Shown here one piece after another: positions 14,903 to 28,329 of a stretch of 64,000 nt of DNA. The notes below the pieces were generated by a model, which saw only the letters and a list, made by a program, of their open reading frames with translations, was not told the DNA's origin and did not search any database. Origin of the DNA: Octopus vulgaris (Eukaryota); contig OX597820.1 of assembly GCA_951406725.2 (NCBI GenBank), forward strand, positions 56,916,001-56,980,000, read 5' to 3'. The position numbers were made by a program, and so were the translations under genes. Numbering within the stretch: the stretch's first letter is position 1; the number at the start of each line of letters is the position of its first letter.

Positions 14903-15310
14903 CTCTTTTACTCTTTTACTTGTTTTAGTTATTTGACTGCGGCCATGCTGGAGCACCCGCCTTTAGCCGAGCAAATCGACCCTAGGACTTATTCTTTGTA
15001 AGCCTAGTACTTATTCTATCGGTGTCTTTTGCTGAACCGCTAAGTTACGGGGACATAAACACACCAGCTTCGGTTGTCAAGCGATGTTGGGGGGGGACAA
15101 ACTCAGACACACAAACACACACGCATGTATATATATATACACATTCGACGGGCTTCTTTCAGTTTCCGTCTACCAAATCCACTCACAAGGCTTTGGTCGG
15201 CCCGAGGCTATAGTAGAAGACACTTGCTCAAGGTGACACGCAGTTGGACTGAACCCGGGACCATGTGGTTTGTAAGCAAGCTACTTAGCACACAGCCACT
15301 CCTGCGCCTA
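14903..15310 (-). mobile_element. Family B SINE, full length
   Basis: Reverse complement of 23227-23592, with an internal CA/TA stretch. Confidence 0.9.
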
Positions 15311-15545
15311 TCGGTTGGTTACCAAGAAGTAAAAATTATATGGAATGCAAAGTTATAAAAAAAGTTGATCGGTTTTGGTTGCCTCTGTTATCTTTAGAGA
15401 ATGTACAAAAGAAAAATAAATGTGAAACTGGCTGCGCTGTGTTGGGAAGTAGTTAAGAAAGTCTAAGTGAGTTCAATAAAAAATGCAAATTCCACTGTAG
15501 CTATTTAAGGAATTTGTGATTCTAATAAAACAAATGTAGACTAGA

Positions 15546-15925
15546 GGTAGGTGTGCCTGTGTGGTTAAGAAACTTGTTTTGCAATCACGTGGTTTTGGGC
15601 TCAGTTCCACAGCGCGGCTTCTTGGACAAGCGTCTTCTACTGTAGCCCTGAGCCGACCAATGCCTTGTGAGTGAATTTGGTGGACGGAAACTGTACGGAA
15701 GCCCGTTGTATATATGTGTGTGTTTGTGTGTGTTTGTATTGGTCCTCACCACAGCTTGACCATCAGCTTTGGTTTATTTAAGTCACCGTAACTTAGCGGT
15801 TCAATAAAAGGATGCTATAGGATTAGTGACAAACTTGAAAAAACTAAAGTACTAGGATCGCTTTGTTAGACTTAACTCTTCAAGGTAGTGCCCCAGCGTG
15901 GCCGCAGTCCAATGACTGAAGCATG
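15546..15925 (+). mobile_element. Family B SINE, older diverged copy
   Basis: Head GTGTGGTTAAGAA...CTCAGTTCC; body and tail CAATGACTGAA recognisable. Confidence 0.75.
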
Positions 15926-16555
15926 CACAACACTTCAGCTCGTCTTAACTCAGTACATTCACAGCTTTTTCAGTCGTCATCCTTCTTCATTACTTCAAAC
16001 TTCCCAATAAACACTTCGCTAATCTCTTCTACTCTCAACTGTATTCCCTCTAGAACTCCTTACATTTGACGTTGCTTTCCAAGAGGAATGAACTTATAGA
16101 AGATTCACAAACTGTGACCTGCAGGACTTTGTCAATGGTATACAACAAAATAGGTGCCTTAAAATTTCTTTTAGTAGTACAGCTTGCACTACATGAGCTA
16201 CGACTTATGCGGCCAGTTTCTCGAAAAAGTTCGCTCATGTCTACCATAGATGTTTCTATGAATGCAAACCGTCTAGAAGGACCAGCTAAGGTTATAGATG
16301 TCATTACGCATATGACAAAATAATAAAAAGGAAAACACAACATTTCTTTTTTCTGTTATTTTGTTTCCTTGTGTTCACATCATTAAATTTTCTCCTACTG
16401 ATCTTAACAGAAACCTCATCACACGAGTATTCATCGTTCAATCATTGCATCGTTGAAGTGAAGTGACAAGCAGTATTTGTGTGTGTCTCCGCATGTAACT
16501 ATGTGTGAATATGTGTGTGTGTATACACACACATATGCTTAAGCATATGTGCCTC

Positions 16556-16659
<104 letters not shown>

Positions 16660-17484
16660 GTGTGTTGTGTGTTTATGTACACAAACTCACACATACATGT
16701 TCAGCCACTAATTCTTGCACATATATTTACATATATCCGTATGTGTGTGTGTTTCTATCTATATATATTGTATGTGTGTGTATACATAGCCAAATGACTG
16801 AAACTAGTAAAGAATAAAAGAATACATACATGCATACATAGTACTTACATACATATATACATACATGCAGACACACACACACAGAAAGACAGACAGATAG
16901 ACATAAACCGGCTCTTTCTCTATTGGCAAGAAGTCTTGAAATAAAACTGAACAATGACATACATACATACATACATACATACATACATACATAGATACAT
17001 ACATACAATCATACATACATACATACAATCATACATATATACATACATACATACATACATACATACATACATACATACATACATACATACATACATACAT
17101 GCAATCATACATACATACATACATGCACGCATACATACAAGCCGGACCGTGTGACTCACCATTATTTGAATATAATATATTTCTGTAAACTGAAATATAT
17201 TATTAATGTGTGTATCGTATAAAAAAGCAATGCGAAAGAAAAAGAAAAAATAATGGAACGCTTTGTCCAAAATGTTAGCAATTCCTTTGCTAAACAGACT
17301 AAATTAACAAGCTGTGTGCTTTCTACTGAATCAATTCTTACATGTAAAAGCCATCTTTGTCTTCTCGGTTCTGGAGATTATATCTTGTGTATAATATATA
17401 TTTGCAGACAGTTTGTACTGCAGGACATATATTCTCTCTCACAGTAGTCAACTGGAGATTGTTAAGATGCTGGTACCTTGTTTT

Positions 17485-17752
17485 CTTCTTTCATTTGTTT
17501 CAGTCATTAGACTGAAACATGCGGCCATACTGGGGCACCACCTTGAAGGGCATTAGTAGAATGGATCGACTCAAGTACTTATTTTAATGTTTGGTACTTA
17601 TTCTATCTGTCTCTTTTGCCGAACCGCTAGGTTTCAGGGACACAAACACGCCAACACCGGTTGTCAAGTGGAGGTGGGGGGACAAACACGGATACAAAGA
17701 CACACATATAAATATCTATCTACACACATACATACATACATACATACATATA

Positions 17753-17788
<36 letters not shown>

Positions 17789-18270
17789 TATATACATACA
17801 TGCATGCATGCATACATACATACATACATACATACATACATACATACATACATGCATACATACATACATGCATACATGCATGCATACATACATGCATTCA
17901 TACATATATACATACATACATATATACATACATACATGTATGTATGTATATAAAGTTAATCCAAACATGAAAACACAACAACGCGAGGACGTGGAACAAA
18001 TATAGTATTATTGGACACTCAGGAAGGAAGGGAAGACGGAGGGAAAAAAATCGCCAACGGTACACACGCGGTCACATTTTGAATGACCGGAAGGAAATGG
18101 GTACACGACAGGTTTCTTTCAGTTTCCGTCGACCAAATCCACTCATAAGGCTTTGGCCGACTCGTGACTATAGTAGAAGACACTCGCCCAAGGTGGCACG
18201 CAGTGGGACTGAACTCGGAACCATGTGGCTGGGAAGCAAGCTTCTAACCACACAGTCGTGTCTGCGTCCA
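17485..18270 (-). mobile_element. Family B SINE split by an expanded (TACA)n tract and a nested Penelope-like fragment (17950-18078)
   Basis: 3' half at 17485-17705, 5' half at 18105-18270; the insert matches the reverse complement of 43669-43880. Confidence 0.75.
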
Positions 18271-18892
18271 TACACACATACACACACACACACACGATGA
18301 GTTTGTATCAGTTTCTATTGGGAAGCAAGCTTCTTACCGCACAGCCACGCCTGCGCCTATATTTCCTATTTATTTCACTAGCCGTGTATAAAATTAAAAT
18401 ATATCAAAAAAATAAATGTTGCATAAAAAATGTGATAAACTAGTTACAAAGAAGTGAGTAAAATGTTCTTAGGAATTGATCGAAGTAGTTCAGTGTCGAG
18501 GCATCTACTTCATAGGGAAACAAGGTATGAGACGTTGTGGCACAGCAGTTTTGGCGATGCCTATTTGGCGACGTTGATTCTGCCGGACTTATTTCACATC
18601 AAACGCTAGGTCTCCAGGGTATTTTGGCACCGTGAAGATATTGTTTTGTTCTAGTCGACTACAAACTTGTTGTTGCCAACTACTAAACTGCTCGACTACT
18701 AAACTTTACTTAACTTTCTGCTTCTCTTAATCATAATGATGGTGATGATGATGATAACGATGATGGTGTTGTTGTTGTTGGTGGTGGTGGTGGTGGTGGA
18801 AATGATGATGATGGTAGTGGTGGTCACGGTGACAGCGGAGGTGGTGAATATGTGGTGGTGTTAGTGATGATTACGATCGTGGTGGTGGGGAT

Positions 18893-19132
18893 ACTCTTTT
18901 ACTTGTTTCAGTCATTTGACTGCGGCCATGCTGGAGCACTGCCTTTAGTCGTGTAAATCGACCCCAGGACTTATTCTATCGGTGTCTTTTGCTGAACCGC
19001 TAAGTTACGTGGGACGTAAACACACCAGCATCGGTTGTCAAGCGATGTGGACACACACACACACACACACACACATACATACACACATACATGCATGCAT
19101 ACATACATACATACATAGATACATACATACAT

Positions 19133-19185
<53 letters not shown>

Positions 19186-19243
19186 CATATATACGACGGG
19201 CTTCTTTCAGTTTCCATCTACCTAATCCACTCACAAGGCTTTG
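18893..19243 (-). mobile_element. Family B SINE, 5'-truncated
   Basis: Tail TACTCTTTTACTTGTTTCAGTCATTTGACTGCGGCC plus internal microsatellite. Confidence 0.85.
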
Positions 19244-19858
19244 GGATGATGATAATGATAATGATATTGATGATGATGTTGATGATAATGATAATGATGA
19301 TCATGATGAGAGCGGTGGTGTGGATGATACGATCTCCTCTGTTACAGTAGTATCCCTGTCAAGGACCAAACGAAAACCAAGCCCGCAAATCACCCGTTCG
19401 AATGCCGCTCTCCAGCTGTCATTGACTGACCCTCAGGTGATTACTTCCAAGCAGAGCTCCCGTTCACTCTTGACATTTTCGCAACCCTCAGAATAGTTCT
19501 TTTTATGTTTTATTCATTTTTATTCATTTCTATTCATTTGTTTGTTTATTTTGCTGATGATGTCACCAACGGTTTTAGGCGAATTATTCATGTCATCATA
19601 CACAATCTTATGATTTTTCTAACTCATTATTATTAACCAGTGTCCTCCGAATATTTGCTATAAAGCAACATTTGTATGTATGCGCATGTATCCAGTGTTT
19701 AGACAGATGCATAGATGAGCTCGAGTGTGTGTGTTGAATATCAGTTAATAATTAACTCAGCTTTCCTATTTTCTCCTTCATAGATTCAGCATTGTCATTT
19801 CCCTTATCATCACCACCATCACCACCATCATCATTATTATTATTATTATTATTATTAC

Positions 19859-19907
<49 letters not shown>

Positions 19908-19995
19908 GTTCTTCATCAGGCACAATACTTCTTCGTCTATCTCATTTTATTTCTTTCACCCGCTCTCTCCCGCTCTCTCTCCTCCTTCTTTCTCT

Positions 19996-20029
<34 letters not shown>

Positions 20030-20435
20030 CCATCTCACGGCTTCTGTTTCTCTCTTTCCACTTTTTCTCTCTTCCTCCTCTTTCTTTTTTTGCTCATTAT
20101 CTCGTCAGCACCAGCGCACTGTGGCTAAATTAAACTTGAAACTTTTAATTAAATTTAACCACCTGATTGAGCGAAATTTCTTTGCAGACTCTAAAATAAT
20201 TAAACACACACGCATGCGTGTACACACGCGCGTATAATCTCTCCTTATATTCATCATGATAAATTCATATTCCCTCGCTGCAAACTGTCCTCATAGCATT
20301 TCTTTGTCTAATTACGATTTTTTTTCTCCTTTTCCTTCATCATCATCATCGTCGTCGTCGTCGTCATCATTATCATCATCTAGCTCTCTCAATTTCTTAC
20401 TCTTACTCTTCCTCTGTATCTGTCTGCCTATGTGC

Positions 20436-20466
<31 letters not shown>

Positions 20467-20739
20467 TGTATGTATGTATGTTTGTATGTATGTATGTATG
20501 TATGTATGTATGCATGCATATATGTATGTATGTATGTATGTCTATGTGTGTGTGTGTATATGTATGTATATATAAGTATGTATTTGTGTGTGTATGTGTA
20601 AACATATATGTACACATATATTAAATATATACATATTTACCTATCTTGTCCTCTCTCTCTCACGCTCTCTCTGTTTACAGAACTGTGCATCTGTCTGTCT
20701 ATCTTTCTATCTGTCTGTCTGGCTGTCTCTGTCTGTCTA

Positions 20740-20794
<55 letters not shown>

Positions 20795-21037
20795 CATAAA
20801 TATGTGTGTGTGTGTTTTCGTATGTCATTATTTTGAATGCAACAGCTGCAGTTATTACTAGAAATGAAAGAAATTATCTTTGACAAAAAAAAATGAAAAT
20901 AAAAATATTGTTTATTCGATTTCTATGAAACTAACCCATTTTATATATACGCGCCATATTCACATGCTACACATTCTTTCTTAAATACATATACCATTTG
21001 TGCACATACTTAAGAAACACATACACATATACAATAA

Positions 21038-21268
21038 GGCGGCGAGCTGGCAGAGACGTTAGCACGCCGGGCGAAATGCGTAGCCGTATTTCGTCTGCCG
21101 TTACGTTCTGAGTTCAAATTCCGCCGTGGTCGACTTTGCCTTTCATCCTTTCGGGATCGATAAATTAAGTATCAGTTACGCACTGGAGTCGATGTAATCG
21201 ACTTAATCCGTTTGTCTGTCCTTGTTTGTCCCCCCTGTGTTTAGCCCATTGTGGGTAGTAAAGAAATA
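21038..21268 (+). mobile_element. tRNA-derived SINE, family A, full length
   Basis: GGCGGCGAGCTGGCAGA..GAGTTCAAATTC head; central GCCTTTCATCCTTTCGGGATCGATAAATTAAGTA (Meta-domain-like); tail GTGGGTAGTAAAGAAATA. Confidence 0.9.
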
Positions 21269-21439
21269 GAAACACATACACACATACATACACACCACAT
21301 ACACATAGATATGTTTGCATTTACACACACACACATATATACGCTTTAACTTTTTAACTCTTTAGCTTGTTTCTGCTTTAAAGCTGCGTTCATGCTGGGG
21401 TACTACCGTTGGCTGTGCTACCCTCTCATTATTTGAAAC

Positions 21440-21698
21440 TTCCTCTGATGTGTGGTATTTTGGTGAATGAGGGAGTTTGATGTTGCTGTCCTCATCTGTG
21501 TTTCCTGTCGTGACGAGGGTTCATAGGGAACCCTTGACAGGAAGAGATCCAGGTTCGTTTTCAAGACACATCCACACCATGCAGGTCTCTCAGACATTTT
21601 GGAGTAATGTCGAAGAACTGTGAGTCCTTGAAACCCAAGGTGTTGCAGTATCTCGTCATGTATTTTGATAGCAATGTTGGGATCTTTGGCACTTTCTG

Positions 21699-21700
<2 letters not shown>
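21440..21700 (-). mobile_element. CR1/L2-group LINE ORF2 C-terminal relic
   Basis: Translates with a frameshift to TRYCNTLGFKDSQFF..LRDLHGVDV / KTNLDLFLSRVPYEP..RTATSNSLIHQ, resembling the LD.FL..VPDEP...SNSL end motif. Confidence 0.6.
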
Positions 21701-21729
<29 letters not shown>

Positions 21730-22989
21730 CTCACAATTATGAGGATGTAATTTCTTCGTAAGGGATTGTTGATAACAATGCAGATGCCAACTGGTTTTAT
21801 CAAATATATTGAAAGAAAGTTTCTCAATATATAAGTATAAACAGATTCATAAATTGTAAAGTTGATAAAAGAAAATGGAGAAGAAAAATATTTAATAGAT
21901 GCTTGGTTCATTTTATTTGTATCACAATGGAAAAGTAATGCAAAGTTAAAGTGATACCTATAAGAATAAGGAAAAAAAAGAACTGGATCAACAAAACAAC
22001 CCAAAAATTTCTGAAAAAAGCCTACAGATGTTTCAACCCGACAGTATGTTTGAATGATCAACATTCGAACGGTTATAGATGTAATAAACCAAATATGGCT
22101 GGGTATCTTCAGGAAAAATTAAGTATATTTTCCGGTCTTGAATTACGAAATAACTAATTTGAGGACTGTATTTAGTAATTTTTAAATGAAAACAACAACT
22201 TATTAAGACACGGTGTGCATGTGATAAGATACCGATCGTTGAAATGTTGCTAAAACACCAAATGCATTAAAAAAATATATTGCTGCAGATACAGCACGAA
22301 ATTTTGTCAGTGAACAGGTCGCGGTCTCCAAGAGACGAAAATATTTTGGCAAATTAAATTTAAATGTTGAAGTGAATCTAACGGTTTTTGTGTGTGTTTA
22401 AATGGCTTATAAACACTTTCCACGCTGCAATTGTTTTTATTTCAGTACACGATCTTCAGATCAGGTCACTTGCTATGCAAGTACATCTCCGTAATATATA
22501 TATAATATATTCATAAAAGTTTATGGGAGGAAGATGGGATAAAAACAAATGTAACTTATCATGAGGGGTGTTATATACGAAAAATTAGATTGAGAAATAT
22601 GAATAAAGACGAGATGAAAAGTTTGTTTATATATTTATGGATGTGTTGTTACGAAGTTAGTTTCAAAACTATATAGTTTTAGGATCGACATTTTTGCTAA
22701 GCCTCGTCTACTGTAACCTCGAGTCTACGAGAGCCTTACGAGCGAAATTTCGTCGACGAAAATTGCGCAGAAGCCTACCAAAAGAGGCGTTTCTGTTTTG
22801 GGATGCTAGACTTAATCCATCGCCTTCAATGCTATTATCACGGCCCTGAATGCTATATGTATTATCTTATCTCAATTTAACTTTTAGTAATATTTCCTTC
22901 AGCCTAAGGCGGCGAGCTGGCAGAAACGTTAGCATACCGGGCGAAATGCGTAGCCGTATTTCGTCTGCCGTTACGTCGTACGGTCATTG

Positions 22990-23125
22990 TTCTAACGACC
23001 ATACACAACTCAAGGAAGTCAGAGACTTCAAGTACCTTGGGTATTATATTGCTCATAGTAGGAATGACTTTCTGACTCGTAAGGGACTATCATGGGGGTG
23101 CTTCAAGATATACAGCAATCAAATA
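22990..23125 (+). mobile_element. RTE-type LINE reverse transcriptase fragment
   Basis: LKEVRDFKYLGYYI...DFLTRKGLSW matches the RT domain 7 FKYLG motif followed by RK..W. Confidence 0.6.
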
Positions 23126-23226
23126 TTTCGAACAAACAAGATGAGAACAAAATATCCGTAAAATATTTTGAAGTCAACAAAACACATATAATGAACGTAT
23201 TTGTTAAATATAATAAAAGAGTTCAA

Positions 23227-23592
23227 GGCGCAGGAGTGGCTGTGTGGTAAGTAGCTTGCTAACCAACCACATGGTTCCGGGTTCAGTCCCACTGCGTGGC
23301 ATCTTGGGCAAGTGTCTTCTGCTATATCCCCGGGCCGACCAATGCCTTCTGAGTGGATTTGGTAGACGGAAACTGAAAGAAGCTTGTCGTATATCTGTGT
23401 TTGTCCCCCTAGCATTGCTTGACAACCGATTCTGATGTGTTTACGTCCCCGTCAATTAGCGGTTCGGCAAAAGAGACCGATAGAATAAGTACTGGGCTTA
23501 CAAAGAATAAGTCCCGGGGTCGATTTGCTCGACTAAAGGCGGTGCTCCAGTATGGCCGCAGTCAAATGACTGAAACAAGTAAAAGAGAAAGA
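23227..23592 (+). mobile_element. Family B SINE, full length, microsatellite not expanded
   Basis: GGCGCAGGAGTGGCTGTGTGGTAAG...GGTTCAGTCCC; tail GACTGAAACAAGTAAAAGAG. Confidence 0.9.
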
Positions 23593-23949
23593 GAGAGTAT
23601 GTCATATAGATGAGCTGAACAAGTACTTTGTTGCGTGTTTGTTAAGTATGTTTTGTAAATGATTTAAATCTAAATTATGTTATGCAAATGAGCTAAATGT
23701 TTTGTTTGTCAAGTATATTGTGTAAATGAGGCGTATTAGGTATAAGCTTTCTTTACTCTGTATTAAGTAATCTTTAGCCGTTTGGAAGGGTGCATTCAGC
23801 GAATTCGAATGAATTGTTAAATAAAAAGGAAATCCTTCAGTTGGGGCCTCATCCCAAGTTGCCGGAAAGAAGCTCGTGGGCCGAGTTTTACCGCCAACCT
23901 TCATACAAATGAATAGGAATCCTTGTCTTTTATCTTTGTTTTATTCATC

Positions 23950-24140
23950 TATTACTTGTTTCAGTCATTTGACTGCGGCCATGCTGGAGCACCGCCTTGA
24001 AGAATTTTTAGTCGAACAAATCTACCCCAGTACTTTTTATTTGTAAGCCTGGTACTAATTTCATTTGCCGAACTGCTAAGTTACGGACGCGTAAACAGTT
24101 GTCAAGCGGTGGTGGTGGGAACAAACACAGACACAAAGAA

Positions 24141-24179
<39 letters not shown>

Positions 24180-24335
24180 ATGAGCTTCTTTCAGTTTCCG
24201 TCTACCAAATGCACTCACTAGCTTTGGTCAGCCCAAGGTTATAGTAGAAGACACTTGTCTAAGGTGCCATGCCGTGCGATTGAACCCAGAACCATGTGAT
24301 TGGAAAATAAGCTTCTTCTCACACAGCCACGCCAG
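23950..24335 (-). mobile_element. Family B SINE
   Basis: Reverse complement of family B with internal (CA)n. Confidence 0.85.
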
Positions 24336-25240
24336 TATGCATATACTATGTATTTAGTTGTTCATGTATGCTTGTGTGAAAGACATTCAATAAACTCACA
24401 TTTATACATGCATACTCAAATACGGACGAGCGAACGAGAAAGCCTGCACGTAGTCACACTATCTGCTAGAAATAGCAACCAAACCAAAAATCTTCCTCAG
24501 ATCCCAACCTTATGATCCCAATCATATCTTACACTGAACTGGTCATGGATGAAGCGCTTTTGATCAATGGCTCTCAAACCTTGCGTTACGAAACTTTTAA
24601 CATATAATTTAATGCTTCAAAAATCTATTCTAATGCTTGCGTGTCTTGAAAAACATATTAAATTATAATTTTGTTATACACAATTATGATTATATTAAAA
24701 CAAAGTAAACTCTAGTTCTCTAATTATTCATTATTTATTTTTTTTCGGAAATTTAAATTTTAAAACATTAAAAAAATATAAAAACAACTCTCCATTCGAA
24801 ATGCGTCAGTAATTTCTAATTTAATGTCGAGTGTGCTACAAATTTCAAAGCGGCTGAGAGTCTTTTGTCTTTGATCGTAGGTCTGTCCGATCAGAGATGA
24901 CATGCAGCTGAATAACAACAGCAACAAAAAAAAAGAATATATAAAAAGACTCGTACAAAATAGATAAAACATGCACACAAATCATGTGTGTATGTGTGTG
25001 TGTGTGTGCACGTGTGTGAGCATGTGTGTGCGTGTGTGTATGTATGTGTGTGATGCAAATACAATGTTCAATAAAAACGAACACAGGAGGGACAAGGGTT
25101 AACACATACGGTATTAGCTTAACGCTTTCATAGAAAAAGAGTGTGTAACGTTTTCGGACATTAGTTTTTGATATAGTTTTTGATATGTCTATGTGTGTCT
25201 TTGTGTTTGTATGTGCGCGTGTACAAACACACACACACAT

Positions 25241-25294
<54 letters not shown>

Positions 25295-25949
25295 TACTTG
25301 GAGAAGAAGAAGAACGGAACGAAACGAACGAATCGAATCGAATCGACGCGAGGGCACTGTCAAACAATAGTGTAATAAATAAAATATATGCATACATACA
25401 AACATATATGTACGTACCTACATCTTCATGTACATATACATGCATATATAAATATATACGTAAGTACAGGACACCACAACTAGACGTAGAACTCAACGAG
25501 AAACGAAAACGGAAAAAACAAGCATGGAACAAACCATTTTTTTACAACAGAAAAACAGAGTACAAGACAAACTACACAAGGAAAAATTCCCTTTATCAGC
25601 TGTCTCTTGTTCGACTCTAGCGTGTTTCGAAGGATATATATATATATATTTGTCGTACATGGTTGAAGCTAAACTTCAGTGTTTTGTTCGTTTCTCTTTC
25701 CATTTTTGTCAATTGTAATATTGTAGCCAGTACGGTATCACGGTATTGGCACATTGCACAATTTCCTAGGAGCTCCACGAGTTTGCGGCCCTAATGGTAA
25801 TTTATGTAGGCTATGGTTTACTGTTAATAAATAGGGGGACCCGATAAAGAGCTTTGCCTGGAGCCCTTCAATTCTGTTATCACGGCCTTGAATGCTATAT
25901 GTATTATCTTATCTCATTTTAACTTTTAATAATATTTCCTTCAGCCTAA

Positions 25950-26345
25950 GGTGGCGAGCTGGCAGAAACGTCAGCACGCCGAGCGAAATGCGTAGCCGTA
26001 TTTCGTCTGCCGTTACGTTCTCAGTTCAAATTCCGCCGAGGGCGACTTTGCCTTTCATCCTTTCGGGGTCGATAAATTAAGTACCAGTAACGCACTGGGA
26101 TCGATGTAATCGACTTAATCCGTTTGTCTGTCCTTGTTTGTCCTCTCTGTGTTTAGCCCCTTGTGGGTAGTAAATAAATAGGTATTTCGTTTCTCTTTAC
26201 GTTCTGAGTTCAAATTCCGCCGAGGTCAACTTTGCCTTTCATACTTTCGGGGTCGATAAATTAAGTACCAGTTGCATACTGTGATCGGTCTAATCGACTG
26301 GCCCCCTCCGCCAAAATTTCGGGTCTTGTGCCTATAGTAGATAAG
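25950..26345 (+). mobile_element. Family A SINE dimer (full unit plus 5'-truncated unit)
   Basis: Two tandem cores; second unit starts at GGTATTTCG. Confidence 0.85.
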
Positions 26346-26349
26346 AATA

Positions 26350-26567
26350 TTGGATTCAAATTTTGACACAAGGCAAGCAAGTTGGGACTGGGTTGTAAGT
26401 CGATTACACCAACTCTGGTGATCAACTGGTTCTTATTTTATCGACCTCGAAAGGATGAATGGCAAAGTCGACCTCGGCGGAATTTGAACTTAGAACATGT
26501 CGATGGGCAAAATGCCAGTAAGCATTTTTCCCGACGTGCCAGCGATTGTGTTAGCTCGTTGCCTTCC
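26350..26567 (-). mobile_element. Family A SINE, diverged
   Basis: TCGACCTCGAAAGGATGAATGGCAAAGTCGACCTCGGCGGAATTTGAAC. Confidence 0.8.
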
Positions 26568-26597
26568 TTACGTACTCAACATTACTTGTTTTACGAA

Positions 26598-26800
26598 GGC
26601 GGTAAGCTGGCAGAATCGTTAGCACGCCGGCGAAATGCTTAGTCTGCCGCTACATTCTGAGTTCAAATTCCACCGGGGTCGACTTTGCCTTTTATCCTTT
26701 CGGGGTCGATTAGATAAGTACCAGTTACGTAACGCACTGGGGTCGATGTATTCGCCTTAATCTCTTCCCCCGAAAGTGAGGCCTTGTGCTTCCAGTGGAG
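26598..26800 (+). mobile_element. Family A SINE
   Basis: GGCGGTAAGCTGGCAGAATCGTTAGC head and core. Confidence 0.8.
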
Positions 26801-27923
26801 AGAAATGGTTATTACGCCAGGCAAAATGCTTAGCGGCATTTCACTCGTTTTTACAGTCTGATTTCAAATTTCGCCGAGGTCAACTTTCATCCTCCGGAGC
26901 CTTTCACTCCTCCACCCCCAGAGTCGACAGAATAAGAACCAGTTCAGCACTAACGTCAATGTAATCGGCCTACCTCCTCTCCCCGAAATTTCTGGCTTCA
27001 TGCCAATATTTGAAACCAAATATACTTTCATTACAAGTCCAGTACAAAATTGTTTACAAGAGGTAAAATTACTTAGCAGACAGGGTATTGGACTACAAAC
27101 TCATGGATCACGAGTTCAAATCCAATGCTATCTTTTCAGCAAAATTTTGCTGAGAACATTCCAACTCCCAATCGAACACATGTTTACAGTTAGGGTTTTA
27201 AAAGTTTATAATCTTTACGCTTTAACAATTGAGTGTGTGGATTTAAAATTTCTAATATTTATTTTTGGACATGTACGAATTAATAAGGTTTATTAAAATA
27301 TCTAGTTTTTGTCAACCAAATATGGAAATCATTAAAATTCATATCTACTTTCTAAGTATTAAACATAGGAAATTTTTAAAATTTATAATCTTTACTTTTA
27401 AACAACGAATTGTAAAAATCAATATAGTTAATTATCTCAACGTTTTAACAGCGAAATTTAGAGAAATAAACAAGGTTTATAAACTCTATAAAAGTCTATA
27501 TTTTAGTAATAAATAGAATTTATAAATCCTTACTTTTTAATGATCATAGTTTTTAAAACCTTACTGACAAATCATGCCACTTTATTTCATCTTCCTATTG
27601 CTGTTGTGCTGCTGTTGATTAGCTCTAGGTGTACCATGATCGAGTTAACATACGTTCAAAGACACTCCAACCGAAATTTCACTTCGCTAAATATAGTATA
27701 TGACTAAATTATTCAATGAGTCAAGTTTTTCAGACGTTGAGATGTAATTATCGGAGAAGTGGTGTTGAATGGTTTTGCTGCTATTTCTAGTAAGGATGAA
27801 AGGCAAAGTCGACCTCGGCGGAATTTGAACTCAGAACGTAAAGACAGATGAAATAATGCTAAGCATTTCACCTGGCGTGCTAACGTTTCTGCCAGCTCGC
27901 TGCCTTCAAATGAAATCAATATT

Positions 27924-28329
27924 TATTTCTTTATTGCCCACAGGTGGCTAAAAATAAGGGGACAAACAAGGATAGACAAAGGGTTTCTAGTCGATTACAT
28001 CGACCCCAGTGCGTAACTGGTACTTATTTAATCGACTCCGAAAGGATGAAAGGCAAAGTCGATCTCGGCGGAATTTGAACTCAGAACGTAGCGACAGACG
28101 AAATACCTATTTCTTTACAACCCACAAGGGGCTTAACACAGAGGGGACAAACAAGGACAGACAAACGGATTATGTCGCTACCAGTGCGTAACTGGTACTT
28201 AATTTATCGACCCCGAAAGTATGAAAGGCAAAGTGGTCCTCGGCGGAATTTGATCTCAGAACGTAACGGCGGACGAAATACGGCTACGCATTTCGCCCGG
28301 CATGCTAAAGTTTCTGCCAGTCCGCCGCC
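27924..28329 (-). mobile_element. Family A SINE dimer with 19-bp TSD, abutting an older copy (27795-27904)
   Basis: TTCAAATGAAATCAATATT at 27905-27923 and 28330-28348. Confidence 0.85.

Noticed and set aside
15930-16343. Overlapping 85- and 97-aa ORFs in unique sequence
   Set aside because: No recognisable motif or exon boundaries; possibly a decayed TE.
21730-22490. Possible decayed Penelope RT on the plus strand
   Set aside because: Only vague motif resemblance; cannot be supported by eye.
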